Positions 1 to 11,721 of a stretch of DNA of 37,908 bases are shown here, piece by piece (position 1 is the stretch's first letter; every line of letters starts with the position of its first letter). The stretch is from Klebsormidium nitens (lineage: Eukaryota; Plantae; Klebsormidiophyceae): NCBI GenBank assembly GCA_000708835.1, contig DF237136.1, positions 1-37,908 of the forward strand, read 5' to 3'. The position numbers and the translations under genes are program-made. The notes below the pieces were generated by a model. It saw only the letters and a program-made list of their open reading frames with translations, was not told the DNA's origin and ran no database searches.

Positions 1-491
1 CCTTCCAAAGGAGTGCCTTTAGCGTGGTTGAGGGGGTAGGTGCGGACAAGTGCCTCGTTGATTCGGGTAGCTCTCAGCACCTAAACGGGGACAAAAGCCT
101 TTTTGAGTTTCTCGAGATGTTTGGGGGGAGTGGCCGAGAGTTCACGTTCGGAGACAAGGGAAATTTGTGGGGAGAGGGGAGCGGCTCAGTTGAGCTGTCG
201 TGTGCTACACCGATGGGAGACGGTCCGGTGACTCTGCAAAACGTGATGTACGTCCTTGGTTGCGGCAAACCTGATCTTGGTGAGCAAGGCAACCGAGGTC
301 GCGTCAGTGTTGTTCGAGGAGAACGGCAACTGTGAGCTTGAGGTTGACGGGGAGGTAGTCCTTGTAGCTCGGAAAGTGAAGGGGATCTACGTAGTCGACC
401 GGGCGGAGAACGCAGGATCTCCAAAAGTGGTGCAAAAGGGGCCGCTTTCCGAACTGGAGCGGGAGGGCGCCGCGGCGGGGAAGGACGCGTG

Positions 492-955
492 TGTTGAGAT
501 TGTGCTATATTTGTGTTATGGTCACTCGTCATTGGGTCTTATTGTAGTGCTCGGCACTCATGCTCATCAATCATTGATCAGCCATGCATCGTAAGAGAAA
601 CACACAAAGCGCCTCACAAGCGGCTTCCTTCTCTCCACAATCTCCTCTTAGAATGATGTGTGACAATAGTGTTTCTCCTCACTATTGTCTCACGGATCTG
701 TACTTCCACTAAACTCACTAGACTACTAGGCTCACTAGCCTAAGTCACACACTACTAGGCTCACTAGCTTAGGTCACACTCAGCCTTCGATATCCTCATC
801 TACGGTCACATTTACGGTCCTCTCAACCGCCTAACCTCCAAGGTATAACCGCCTAACCGCCGTGCACGCACGCCGGCGTTCACTAGTACAAACCCTGACT
901 CGGGCCAAACCCTAATCACAGTAATTCGGCTTACTATAATCACCGAATTCCAACA
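492..955. mobile_element. Solo LTR (464 bp) inserted in copia element A
   Basis: Termini TGTTG (492) and CAACA (951-955). Exact 5-bp TSD GCGTG at 487-491 and 956-960. It interrupts the pol reading frame and is homologous to 4560-5243. Confidence 0.93.
722..779. repeat. Two 29-bp tandem repeats inside the solo LTR
   Basis: actactaggctcactagcctaagtcacac and actactaggctcactagcttaggtcacac. The same unit reappears right after the gap in the second LTR (~5023-5051). Confidence 0.9.
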
Positions 956-960
956 GCGTG

Positions 961-1586
961 CTCCCTCGTGAGATAGCCGGAAACGGGCGAGCTATGGCAC
1001 CGACGGACGTTGCACGCCAGGTATGAGAACCTGGCGAAGATGGTGAAAGACAATTTCGTTAAAGGTGTTGGCGTGAAACCCGGGGGCGTTCAAGGCGCTC
1101 AAATCCTCGGTGTGTGAGCCGTGCATCATGAAAAAGCAAACGCGGCCCCCCTTCCCAAAATCGGAGTTGGTAAGCATGGAACCTCTCGAGCTGGTCCACA
1201 TGGACGTGTGCGGGCTGATGCCAGTCCCCTCGGTCGGGGGGAGCCGGTACTTCGCCGCGTTTTTGCCGACTTCAGCAAGCTCTCGGTGGTAGTCCCCATG
1301 AAGCAGAAGAGCGAGGTAGCCAAGGTGACCGAGCACGTGATTAACCGGTCGGAGTTGCAATCGGGGAAGAAGCTCAGGTCGGTGCGGACGGATTGGGGGA
1401 AGGAGTACGTCCACAAGGCCCTCAAGGACGTGTTACGGGGGCAAGGGGATGGTGCACGAGAAGACCGCCCCCTACATAGCCGAGCAGAACGGATCGGCAG
1501 AGCAGCTCAACCGGCAATTGAAGGAGAAGGTCCGGGCGATGCTCGAGGATTCGGGGTAGCCCAAAGAGATGTGGGCGGAGGCCGTT
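961..1586 (+). pseudogene. Copia GAG-pre-integrase and integrase core, disrupted and running into an N gap
   Basis: CEPC zinc motif and VHMDVCG. Frameshift near 1265 and an in-frame TAG before PKEMWAEAV. Confidence 0.9.
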
Positions 1587-2284
1587 NNNNNNNNNNNNNN
1601 NNNNNNNNNNNNNNNNNNNNNNNNNNNNNNNNNNNNNNNNNNNNNNNNNNNNNNNNNNNNNNNNNNNNNNNNNNNNNNNNNNNNNNNNNNNNNNNNNNNN
1701 NNNNNNNNNNNNNNNNNNNNNNNNNNNNNNNNNNNNNNNNNNNNNNNNNNNNNNNNNNNNNNNNNNNNNNNNNNNNNNNNNNNNNNNNNNNNNNNNNNNN
1801 NNNNNNNNNNNNNNNNNNNNNNNNNNNNNNNNNNNNNNNNNNNNNNNNNNNNNNNNNNNNNNNNNNNNNNNNNNNNNNNNNNNNNNNNNNNNNNNNNNNN
1901 NNNNNNNNNNNNNNNNNNNNNNNNNNNNNNNNNNNNNNNNNNNNNNNNNNNNNNNNNNNNNNNNNNNNNNNNNNNNNNNNNNNNNNNNNNNNNNNNNNNN
2001 NNNNNNNNNNNNNNNNNNNNNNNNNNNNNNNNNNNNNNNNNNNNNNNNNNNNNNNNNNNNNNNNNNNNNNNNNNNNNNNNNNNNNNNNNNNNNNNNNNNN
2101 NNNNNNNNNNNNNNNNNNNNNNNNNNNNNNNNNNNNNNNNNNNNNNNNNNNNNNNNNNNNNNNNNNNNNNNNNNNNNNNNNNNNNNNNNNNNNNNNNNNN
2201 NNNNNNNNNNNNNNNNNNNNNNNNNNNNNNNNNNNNNNNNNNNNNNNNNNNNNNNNNNNNNNNNNNNNNNNNNNNNNNNNNNNN
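1587..2284. other. Assembly gap (N run)
   Basis: Continuous Ns between the copia integrase and RT. Confidence 1.
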
Positions 2285-2472
2285 GGTGCGAGAGAGCAGA
2301 GCAGAGCCGGAAGAGATTGCGGAGGACATAGGGCTGCCAACACCGGCTGCTCAGAGGTACCCCGCGCGTGAGAGACACGCGCCAGGGGAGTGGTACCGCG
2401 CCAACTTGGAGGCGGATACGAAAGCGGGGGAGCACCCCAAAGGAACGGGGAACATCCAGAACCGCAGAGTTA

Positions 2473-3808
2473 TCAGAAAGCCGTAGGGGGAGAAGAGAGT
2501 GACCTCTGGCGGAAATCTATGGACGATGAAATGCGTTCCCTGTTGGAGAATGGGACGTGGGAAAATCGGAAGGGGTTAAGCCGGTTCCTATAAAGTGGGT
2601 ATACAAGATAAAGCGGGACGCTCACGGGAATGTGGAGTGATACAAGTCCCGGCTGGTGGCCAAGGGCTACCTGCAGAAGCAGGGTATTGACTTCGACGAG
2701 GTCTACGCCTCGGTGAGCAAGCACACGACGTTACGTGCACTGCTAGCGGTGGTCGCGGAGCGCGACTTGGAGCTGCACCAGCTGGACGTTTCTTAACGGG
2801 GAGCTAGAGGAGGAGATTTGCATGCAGCAGCCGGAGGGATACGAGCAAGGTGGGCCGGAGATGGTCTGCCCCCTCAAGCGCACCTTGTACGGTTTGCGCC
2901 TGAAGGAGGAGCTCGGGAACTTTGAGTTCGTGGCGTCAATGGCGGATGCGGCGCTCTTTACGGAAATAGTAACCGGGGAGCGGGTGTACATAGTGGTGTG
3001 GGTGGACGACATTCTAGTGGCGGCCCGGGGAGTGGACCGCATTGCCAAAGTAAAGGCGCATTTGGGGGAGAGGTTCGACGTGCACGACTTGGGGGAGGCA
3101 AAGCTTTTATTTACTCGGAATGGAGCTGACGCGCGATAGGGAGGCGCGCACCCTGAAGCTAACGCAAAAGAAGCTGAAGGGAGAGCTTGTGGGACGGTAC
3201 GGACTAGCAAGCGCTCGGTCGCGCTCAGTCTCGCTCGGAACAGGAGACAAATCAACCAAAGAAGGTGAATTCCTCGACACAAAGCGGTTTCCCTATTGTG
3301 AGTGCGTGGGGAGCCTCTTGTACTTGAGTGTGTGCATTAGGCCCGACATTGCACAGGCAGTGGGTGCGCTTGCGCACTTTATAGCGGGGCCGACGAAGGA
3401 GCGCTGGCGGGCGGCGCTTGGAGTTGTGCGCTACTTGGCGGTTACGGCAAAGGGCGAGGTAACCTTTGGGGGGAGCGGAGAGACTTTCATTCCTTATTGC
3501 GACGCAGATTACGCAGGTGACGTGGACACAAAGCGGTCCACAACGGGGTACGTCTTCCTAATGTACGGGGGGGCGGTGAGCTGGTCGAGCAGGCTGCAGC
3601 CAACGGTGGCGGCCTCGACAGTAGAGTCGGAGTATATGAGCGCAGGGCAAGCGGTGAAGGAGGCGCTGTGGTTTCGCAAGCTCGGGGTAGATCAGAGTTG
3701 GATCTAGGGACGGTCCTGATCTACTGCGACAACTAAGAGGCAATACGGATCCTCAAGCAATTGGTCACTTCACAGCGGTCGAAGCACATTGACGTGATTC
3801 ATCACTTG
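2473..3808 (+). pseudogene. Copia reverse transcriptase and RNase H, disrupted
   Basis: RVT_2-type motifs, with deletions after LDV and LYGLR and a frameshift near 3120. RNaseH motifs DADYAG and TVESEY are present. The sequence stops after KHIDVIHH with no PPT or 3' LTR. Confidence 0.9.
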
Positions 3809-3919
3809 TGAAGTGCCGCGTTCCTCAAGCTCGCAATTGCTGTTCTCCTTGAGCACACCGAAGCGACCTCACGAGGTATCTGCGGTGCTTTCTTTGATCC
3901 TTGTGAAGTGCCGCGTTCC
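3805..3919. repeat. 20-bp exact direct repeat at the truncation point of element A
   Basis: cttgtgaagtgccgcgttcc at 3805-3824 and 3900-3919. Confidence 0.95.
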
Positions 3920-4559
3920 GGGTGCGTCCAGGACCGTCTGCGTAAATACATGGAAGGTTAATTCTCGACCGAGAACTATTGCGACCATCGTAGGACTGCG
4001 ATGGACAGTCGCCGGGTGTCGGAGTTTGGCCAAAAGTCCCCGGGTTCGGAAGTCGATACATTTAACGCGAATTTTATGCATACTACATACCTACACGGTA
4101 CGGTACTTTAGTAGCTCGTTGATATTGATGTATCATGTGAGGCAACTACCTATTGTAGGTCTCTACCTAAGACTTGGCGTTGTGTAGCCTAGGCCCTAGC
4201 CTCAACCTAAGCTACGGTACCAATATGTGGACCATCCCCAGTAGATGCCGTACTCGCATAATCGTACGACATCGGTCCCAATCGCTGATACCACGACTTA
4301 GATGGTAGGCACTATGGGTAGATTTCTGTTGGTCTTGTACGCGCAGAAATAGTTATATTAGTACGAATACTCGGTGGTATGTACTGCTTGCACTTCAAAC
4401 CACATGTAGAGGCGGACCGGCGGACCTTACAATGCGAGTCGCATTGCATGTCAACCGTACGATCTTCTACTTGGAGATCTACTCATCTTGATGTCCTTTT
4501 GGCTAGACTTTGAAGGAAGAGCTTTGTGGGATTTCATGCGTCGCCTTCAGTTGAAGGAG

Positions 4560-5243
4560 TGTTGAGATTCACCTTGTAGGGGACTAGAATTGTGTGGTTT
4601 CACTCGTCATCGGGTCTTATCGTAGTTGCCNNNNNNNNNNNNNNNNNNNNNNNNNNNNNNNNNNNNNNNNNNNNNNNNNNNNNNNNNNNNNNNNNNNNNN
4701 NNNNNNNNNNNNNNNNNNNNNNNNNNNNNNNNNNNNNNNNNNNNNNNNNNNNNNNNNNNNNNNNNNNNNNNNNNNNNNNNNNNNNNNNNNNNNNNNNNNN
4801 NNNNNNNNNNNNNNNNNNNNNNNNNNNNNNNNNNNNNNNNNNNNNNNNNNNNNNNNNNNNNNNNNNNNNNNNNNNNNNNNNNNNNNNNNNNNNNNNNNNN
4901 NNNNNNNNNNNNNNNNNNNNNNNNNNNNNNNNNNNNNNNNNNNNNNNNNNNNNNNNNNNNNNNNNNNNNNNNNNNNNNNNNNNNNNNNNNNNNNNNNNNN
5001 NNNNNNNNNNNNNNNNGTCACACACTACTAGGCTCACTAGCCTAGATCACACTCACACTCAATCATAGCCATCGATATCCTCATCTACGGCTCCATATCG
5101 GCGGCCCTCTCAACCGCCTAACCTCCAAGGTTAACCGCCTAACCGCTGTGCACGCACGCCGGCGCTCACTAGTTCAAACCCTAACTCGGTCCGAACCCTA
5201 ATCACGGAGTTATCCGGCTGACCATAATCACCGGATTCTAACA
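4560..5243. mobile_element. Second solo LTR of the same family (contains the N gap 4631-5016)
   Basis: Termini TGTTG (4560) and TAACA (5239-5243). 5-bp TSD AGGAG at 4555-4559 and 5244-5248. The 3' half aligns closely with 744-955. Confidence 0.88.
4631..5016. other. Assembly gap (N run)
   Basis: Continuous Ns inside the second LTR. The equivalent stretch of LTR copy 1 is only about 190 bp. Confidence 1.
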
Positions 5244-6736
5244 AGGAGCCTTTGTAACAGCCCCATAATTCACCACTTTTGAGGATCGCCTTTTGATAAC
5301 ACCTTTTGACCACCTCCACACCGCATGCAACATGTCTAAAGTTTCCCAGAGTTAAAGATTTCTCTAAAATTTGTGTTGCTCGAAGTAAAATTGGTGTTGT
5401 TATGAGGTAAATTCCCATTTAGCCCGGGAATCCTTTGAATCTTGCCCGTTCCAACCCCGGCCGATCCCAAGACGAACGCCCACTGAGGAAACCCCGTAAA
5501 GTTTCCAAATCACTCACAGAATGTAAAGGATAATCTTGGGACGGCCGTGCGACCGATCAAACGGTAGTTGCCCCAATTATCCGGGCTCAAATAAAGCACC
5601 CTAGCTACCTCGTACCTTCATTGCCTTACACACCGGTCGAGATCAGATTTAACGCATCCCTAGGACATACATCACGTATCTGCAAAGTGACAAGACTTTC
5701 TTCGGTCGATGTTGTACACTTGTGCAGCTCAACGGAGCCGCTCATTTCTGCCCATAGGGTGCCCTTGTCCTCAACCGTGAATTCTTGGCTACTTGCTCCG
5801 AAACATTTCGAGGGTCTCAAACAAGTAGGCTCTTCTCCCAAGTCAGATCTGGGAGCTACCCGACTCGACGAGCCACCTGTTGGTAGACACCGTCTCTGAT
5901 GACGCTAAAGGCCACCTTCTTGGAAGGTTCCCCCCCTATTCTGCTCCGCCTTTGCTCGCGCTTGTCCCGCTTGCTGCACATAGCAACGTGACCGAACTCC
6001 CCGCTATTATTATAGCACTTAGGCCGCTTGCCCCGCCTCTCATGCTTGCCTTGGTCTTTTTCCTTGTCTCATTTCCGCCTAGCCATATAGGCCACAGCGG
6101 AGTCCAACCCATCGCCGCCCTTTTGCTTGGACGACGCCTCAAACTTCTGCTCATGCACCAAGAGCTTTGGCAGAATCGCATCCACCGAGCTTATGGCGCT
6201 CTCCGAAGTCTCTAGTATTGTTTTCAGAATACTGAACGTCTCGGGCAATCTCGCAGATACGCTTCTCGCCAATCCGTCCGGTTTCATCTACAAGCCGGTG
6301 GCGAAAACCCTATACAAGTCCTTTTCCCGACCCACTAACATGGTCACGAGCTCACCCGCCTTCATGTTAAGACATGCAACTCTTACCAGAGCTACAATCT
6401 CCTTGAATTGATTTTGCTCTTGTAGGTCGTCTCAAGGAGAGTCCACAGTTCCTTTGCGGTTCACCCGCCTCAATCGACTTCAAATGGTGGTCTTCTTGAC
6501 GTTAAGCCCGATCATGGACAACGTTGTCTTTCATTGAGCTGGGGGGGGTCCGGAATGTTCAACTTCATCCGAAAGATCCTTCGAATTCAGAAGAGAATAA
6601 GAGTTCGAAATCCACGTTCATTACTTTTACACGTCGAACTTATCGATGTGGATCTTGTAATCGTCGGCCGTTTCAGAAATGCGTTCCCCTCCTCTCTTTC
6701 TCAAGTCTGAAGACCCGTAATTTATCTTTTTAAGCT

Positions 6737-6761
6737 CACCTTCACCTTCACCTTCACCTTC
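6737..6761. repeat. (CACCTT)4 microsatellite
   Basis: caccttcaccttcaccttcaccttc. Confidence 0.9.
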
Positions 6762-9240
6762 TTTTTCTTCTCACTTATCCCCTTGACGAGCTTTACAATG
6801 TCGTTTGGCTCTAAATAAAGCAACCACAATAAAGCAGACCGCCCCCACCGATGCCTTTATTGACAAGAGAGAACCATCGGCCGACCTTGGCACGAAGCCG
6901 TCAATTATCGCCGTTCAGAAGGCCTACCGTTTGAATGCTTGCCGCCCCTCACTCCCTAGGGGCCGTCGTGCGCCGTGGTGCGCCGTGAGCCAATAATCGA
7001 AAAGACGGCGTTGTTGGGATAAGTGATCGAATGATGAAGTTCACACAATGTATATATTGAGTGCTTGGAGTCTAACGGCGCTAAAACTATGCAGTACGGT
7101 GTGCTATGCTAGACTCACATAAGTAAAGCCGCACTCCTGGTCCGGGTCCATCCCTAATAGCCTAGTAGGCTCAGTTGACCGCGGACATAAGCAGGTTCAA
7201 CATTTTCGCGCAAATTTGGACATTGCGGCTATTATTGAACCCACTCACAACGGCGCTTACTCAATACGTCATTTGGGGTAACGCTGTAATGCGCGCATTA
7301 ACCAACCGCCAATTGCTAATTACCGCGTTATCGTCGAACTTCTGTCGACGTCATCCACGAGGTCGCGGATATAAGATACCCGACTCTCAACAAATACCAC
7401 TACCAATGACACATCATTTTTGTTTTTGAAAATGTGAAGAATATGATGCATAGTAAGACGCTCCGTGTTTTTTGAAGGCATGGCTGCCATTAACGAGTAA
7501 TGGTTTTAGTGCCGAGCAACACGATAAGACTCGATGACGAGTGGACAAGTACACTACTAGTCCCTTACTGACCCTGAGTTTCAACACGCCATTTAAGTGC
7601 CTTTCAGCAAGCGTTTTGATGAAGGATGGATCGAGGATGAGATAGCAATCCTTCTTTATCGTTATTAGGAGAAATCAAACACAACACTAGTCCATAGTAT
7701 CAATCTGTATGTGAACTAGAGGGAACCCTAGAGAATTCCGGAATGTGGTCAATAACATAGTTAGCATGCGTTTAACCCTCAAGCACATCATTACGAGGAC
7801 CTCTTATTCTATCTTTGATCTTACGATTTGAGCCTTCGTTTGTACCAAGGTTAGCTTGAATTATTTAGGTGCATGATACGCGAGCTTGAAATGTGTGCCA
7901 TATAAAGCAATGTTTTACAAAGCTCGTTTGCTTGCAGCCTGTGCTTCTCGTTTAAATGACCGTCCCCATGGTTTCGACTCTTCTGAATAAGCATTTTTCT
8001 CTCCTTCTTTTGAGAGCGGTCACAGGAAAGGGTTGTAATCCGTTCTCAAACCCTCAGAGGGAGTGGCGTAATCCAAACACACCACCACTATTTTGTAATT
8101 TTACCAGGCCCTTGCATCACAGGCTAAGTGGCCGGTTGCATAAGCGGACAGTCACGCAGCGCGGTACGATACATACCATACGTGATTAGGCACTAAATTT
8201 AAATACCATCCAATTCAATTGAAAGCAAGCGCGAAAAATCGATCTAGGTGGATTGCCAGAAAAAATTATGTATGGAAAATCTGCTAAAACGGTACCGCAA
8301 CCATCAATATTATTTGAATCTGACACCGCACGATCGCAAGTCGCAAGACCATTTTTTGGGGAGAAAGGATCCTAAACACTTTCGGCAGACTGCACACTGA
8401 CTAGAAACTGGCCACGAAGTGGGACAAGGCCACTGCCGAGAGCTTGAAGGTGGCGCTCCATGGGTACGAATAGCTCCAGAGCTGCAACACTTACAACGCA
8501 GCTTATAGATTGTCCAACCGGCATAGAGTTTGTAGCCAGCTTATCCCTCAGCTGAAAGTTAAGGCAACCGAGACATTCTTTAGACCCTACCCAGTGTCGT
8601 CCTAGTAGCCCTGCTGTACTGCTCACAAATGGAGATCTTTGCATGCTTCCAATGACAAACGCTACGCTTTGCAGCCTTTGTACATAGTGGAAACGGTCAC
8701 TCTAATCCTGCAAAGAACACAAGAAATTTGCTTTGAAATGCATTACCTCTTTCAGATCGTTACAAGCTTGCGTTTTGAATAAATGGTGATGAGAAGCATT
8801 GCTGCGCACAGCACCATCGGTCCAGCCAGGAAGCTTGACGGCAAGGTAGCTAAAGTATTAATGGCGTCATGCAGCTTCACGCGCGACCCTTCAAACGCGT
8901 AAATTTCTTTGTTCGTATCTCCTTCAAGTTCGGCGAAACCAATGCGATATCAAAACGTCCCAAAGGCAGATCCCAAGCCTAAGTTCGGCGACCGTCCCAC
9001 CAGATCGAAGGACTTGGGGCCTGTTCAAATGGACCCTTGGGATGTGGGGTCTCTCAGGCAAATTGCGAACCTGGGTGCCAAAATCATAGCATCCAATCCG
9101 AGTATCCGATTTGAGCTAGCTATTCGGACCGATCAAGTCTCCGCTGACGTTGTGCGCACGCAGGTTATCAAAGCATTCCAAATTTTGGCACCTAACCCTT
9201 TGGCCCTTTCTCGATCGAGAAAAGGGGTGTCTCTGTGTGA

Positions 9241-11352
9241 CGATTGGGCTATGGTTAAGTCTAACCGCATCTCATAAGTGTTAATCTTCGGGTTTTGCGA
9301 GTTTGCCGACGTGTTGGCATGTGGCTAGTATTGATGTGACATAATTAGTTGTAATTATGCTTCTAAGGCTAAGTTGTATGGTAGGGCAAATGATTGTGTT
9401 TAGTTCTGCTCAGTCCGTTTAGTCCTAAACAGTTCGTTAGTCAATGTCAGTCGCTGTCATGACCAGGATTGCTTGGCGTGGCGCACTGTGCCCTACTATG
9501 CGGTCGTGAGTACGCTACCTCAACAGCTGGACGGGGGACTTGGAAATGATTGGATGCAGCCCTCGAGTGCGCTCGAGACTGCCCCTCCATAATTCAGGTC
9601 TTCACTGAATGCGCGAGCGAGGAACATGGCTTGGTTCAACTTGCAAGGATCATTCGAGGTGCAAATTCCCAACCAGCAAGCAGCACTGTCTTGAGCTGAA
9701 AGACAACATTTTTACAGAGCAAGCGCCTTCGTCCAAGAATGCCTGCAACCATGGTTTTCGCACATGGCTGCCGTTAGTGTTTCGTAGTTATCCTGCCGGC
9801 ACTTCGCTTAAGCTGGCCAACCGTCACACTCTGCCAAACGGCGGGAACTGCCAATGAAGGCCGCCAAGTTGCCCATCGACGTTTTTTGGCGAGGAGTACG
9901 TACGTCGTGTACATTGGTACACCAAGCAATACAGAGGCTGTACATAATAGTGACGAAAGTTGACGTAACGCACCCGACAACCGGAACCCGGAACCCCGGT
10001 GCAGTCTGAATAAGACCCCCCGTCCAGGGTGATACACGAATCCTGCAACTTCAAGTTCCGACTCGAAGTCGATAATCAGGCTTAGCAAAACCCCGTTTGC
10101 CTTCGGAAGGCCAAGACCCCGATTTTGGTCTGAATAGGCCCTTGAAGACGGTATTGGCACAATACATGGTTTTCATAAGGACGGTTTTGCGACAGTGAAA
10201 CACTGACTCTAGAACGCGTTGCTAGTTCGTTGACACCGACGTACATTGGTGGCAGTGACAAGGCCCGCGCCGGGTTTGAGCCTTTGAACTAGTCACCTGC
10301 GCCCGTAGCAGAGCCGGCTGCTAATCATTGAAGCCTGCACATGCTACATTCAACGGATGCCGGGCCTGACGGGCAATAGAATGGGCCAAGCTATCGGGGT
10401 CCCAGCTGAAGGAGGAACTTTAAGTGGCAAGCGCGAGTACGATCGGGCCCAGGAGTTCTGTTTGTTGCAGTCGGGACTTGATATCCAGGAGCGAATCTCG
10501 TGAGGGAATGCCGAGGTAAAACGCCCTTACTTACGCAAGATCTTGCTAATCTCATGCAACGGAGATTGTGGTCATTGCAGCGTCGAAAGTAGCCAGTGGC
10601 GTATATCGGCCGGTCTTGGGTCACGTGCTTCGGTTGTGTGACGGTTGGCCAGCTGAAGCGAAGCGCTGGCGGGATAACTAGACACACATACGGCAGCCAT
10701 GTGCGGAAACCATGGATGCAGGCATTCTCGGATGGAGGCGCTTGCTTTGTAAAATTGTTGTCTTTNNNNNNNNNNNNNNNNNNNNNNNNNNNNNNNNNNN
10801 NNNNNNNNNNNNNNNNNNNNNNNNNNNNNNNNNNNNNNNNNNNNNNNNNNNNNNNNNNNNNNNNNNNNNNNNNNNNNNNNNNNNNNNNNNNNNNNNNNNN
10901 NNNNNNNNNNNNNNNNNNNNNNNNNNNNNNNNNNNNNNNNNNNNNNNNNNNNNNNNNNNNNNNNNNNNNNNNNNNNNNNNNNNNNNNNNNNNNNNNNNNN
11001 NNNNNNNNNNNNNNNNNNNNNNNNNNNNNNNNNNNNNNNNNNNNNNNNNNNNNNNNNNNNNNNNNNNNNNNNNNNNNNNNNNNNNNNNNNNNNNNNNNNN
11101 NNNNNNNNNNNNNNNNNNNNNNNNNNNNNNNNNNNNNNNNNNNNNNNNNNNNNNNNNNNNNNNNNNNNNNNNNNNNNNNNNNNNNNNNNNNNNNNNNNNN
11201 NNNNNNNNNNNNNNNNNNNNNNNNNNNNNNNNCAGCTAGCATTAACTACGTCACATCAATACTGTGCTCATACGCCGCAACCTGGCGTAATCGCTTAACT
11301 CAGGGGTTATTCTCGTAACGACGTGCGGTTAGACTTAACCAAAGCCCGTTCG
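9241..11352. mobile_element. Long imperfect inverted-repeat (foldback or MULE-like) structure with arms of roughly 590 bp and a ~800 bp spacer
   Basis: Three reverse-complement matches: 9699-9829 with 10636-10765 (about 130 bp, high identity), 9327-9340 with 11250-11263 (14/14), and 9252-9269 with 11324-11341 (18/18). No TSD found. Confidence 0.8.
10766..11232. other. Assembly gap (N run)
   Basis: Continuous Ns inside the right arm of the inverted repeat. Confidence 1.
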
Positions 11353-11721
11353 TTACAGGTTGGGAACTTTGAGGGTCTTTAATTTTGATAGGTATTTGGA
11401 TGCAGACTTCGGCCAGAGTCCATAGTGATGCAGATCAATGAGCTGTGTGGTCCAACAGAGATGTCCGCCGCTCGCAACAGGAGATGGTACGCATATGTGA
11501 CAAATGAATAGCCTCGCGTGCACATGACGATCGCGTCATTCTTCGCAAGCGTCTACCACTGCACATGAAGAGATGGTCCTGCCGCGGTCATGGTAGACTT
11601 GCAGGTCGAGTCAGGTGCAGGCTCCAGTCATGCACCAATGATGGCCCATGCGCGTGCACGCGTGTTTCCCTTATGAAAGATACACAAAATTCTAGCTTCT
11701 CAAAGCCGTGAGCGTTGAGAA

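Larger units (their letters stand above)
1..3808 (+). mobile_element. Decayed Ty1/copia LTR retrotransposon internal region (element A), PR-INT-RT-RNaseH, truncated at both ends
   Basis: Protease LVDSGSSQH (24-335). GAG-pre-integrase ELWHRR...CEPCIMKKQTRPPFPKS. Integrase LELVHMDVCG...LRSVRTD...MWAEAV. RT KWVYKIKR...SRLVAKGY...LHQLDV...LYGLR...WVDDIL. RNaseH YCDADYAG...RSTTGYVF...SKHIDV. The INT-before-RT order is diagnostic of copia. There are several frameshifts and stops (TAG 1558-1560, TGA 2638-2640). Confidence 0.95.
4470..6500 (-). mobile_element. Heavily decayed copia element B (gag, protease, pre-integrase remnant); boundaries approximate
   Basis: Minus-strand TAKELWTLLETTYKSKINSRRL (gag UBN2-like, ~6460-6390) and RLPETFSILKTILE (~6250). 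Protease WLVESGSSQ (~5875-5845) and FTVEDKGTLWAEMSGSVEL, which match LVDSGSSQ and FTFGDKGNLWGEGSGSVEL in element A. GIYLI matches GIYVV. Many stops. Confidence 0.8.

Noticed and set aside
722-779. CRISPR-like repeats (also considered for 25156-25203)
   Set aside because: Head-to-tail tandem units with no spacers, in a eukaryotic context, with no cas genes.
3869-4081. Minus-strand peptide CIDF...MVAIVLGRELTFH as the RT start of element B
   Set aside because: The resemblance is too weak to call without an alignment.
4551-4559. ttgaaggag as a polypurine tract before a 3' LTR
   Set aside because: AGGAG recurs immediately after the LTR, so a TSD explains it better.
492-5243. The two LTRs as the paired ends of one full-length retrotransposon
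   Set aside because: Each LTR has its own distinct TSD, the first lies inside pol, and no gag follows it.
7012-7202. TGTTG...CAACA segment as the 5' LTR of element B
   Set aside because: No TSD, no convincing PBS and no second copy in the window. Possible but unsupported.
8372-9277. ORFs 8372-8644 (-) and 8909-9277 (+)
   Set aside because: No recognisable motifs or splice-linked partners, and the second overlaps the inverted-repeat arm.
9312-9525. Another TGTTG...CAACA segment
   Set aside because: The flanks differ (CGACG and GCTGG) and it lies within the arm of the long inverted repeat.
1121-11318. Long ORFs containing X runs
   Set aside because: Artefacts of translating through N gaps.
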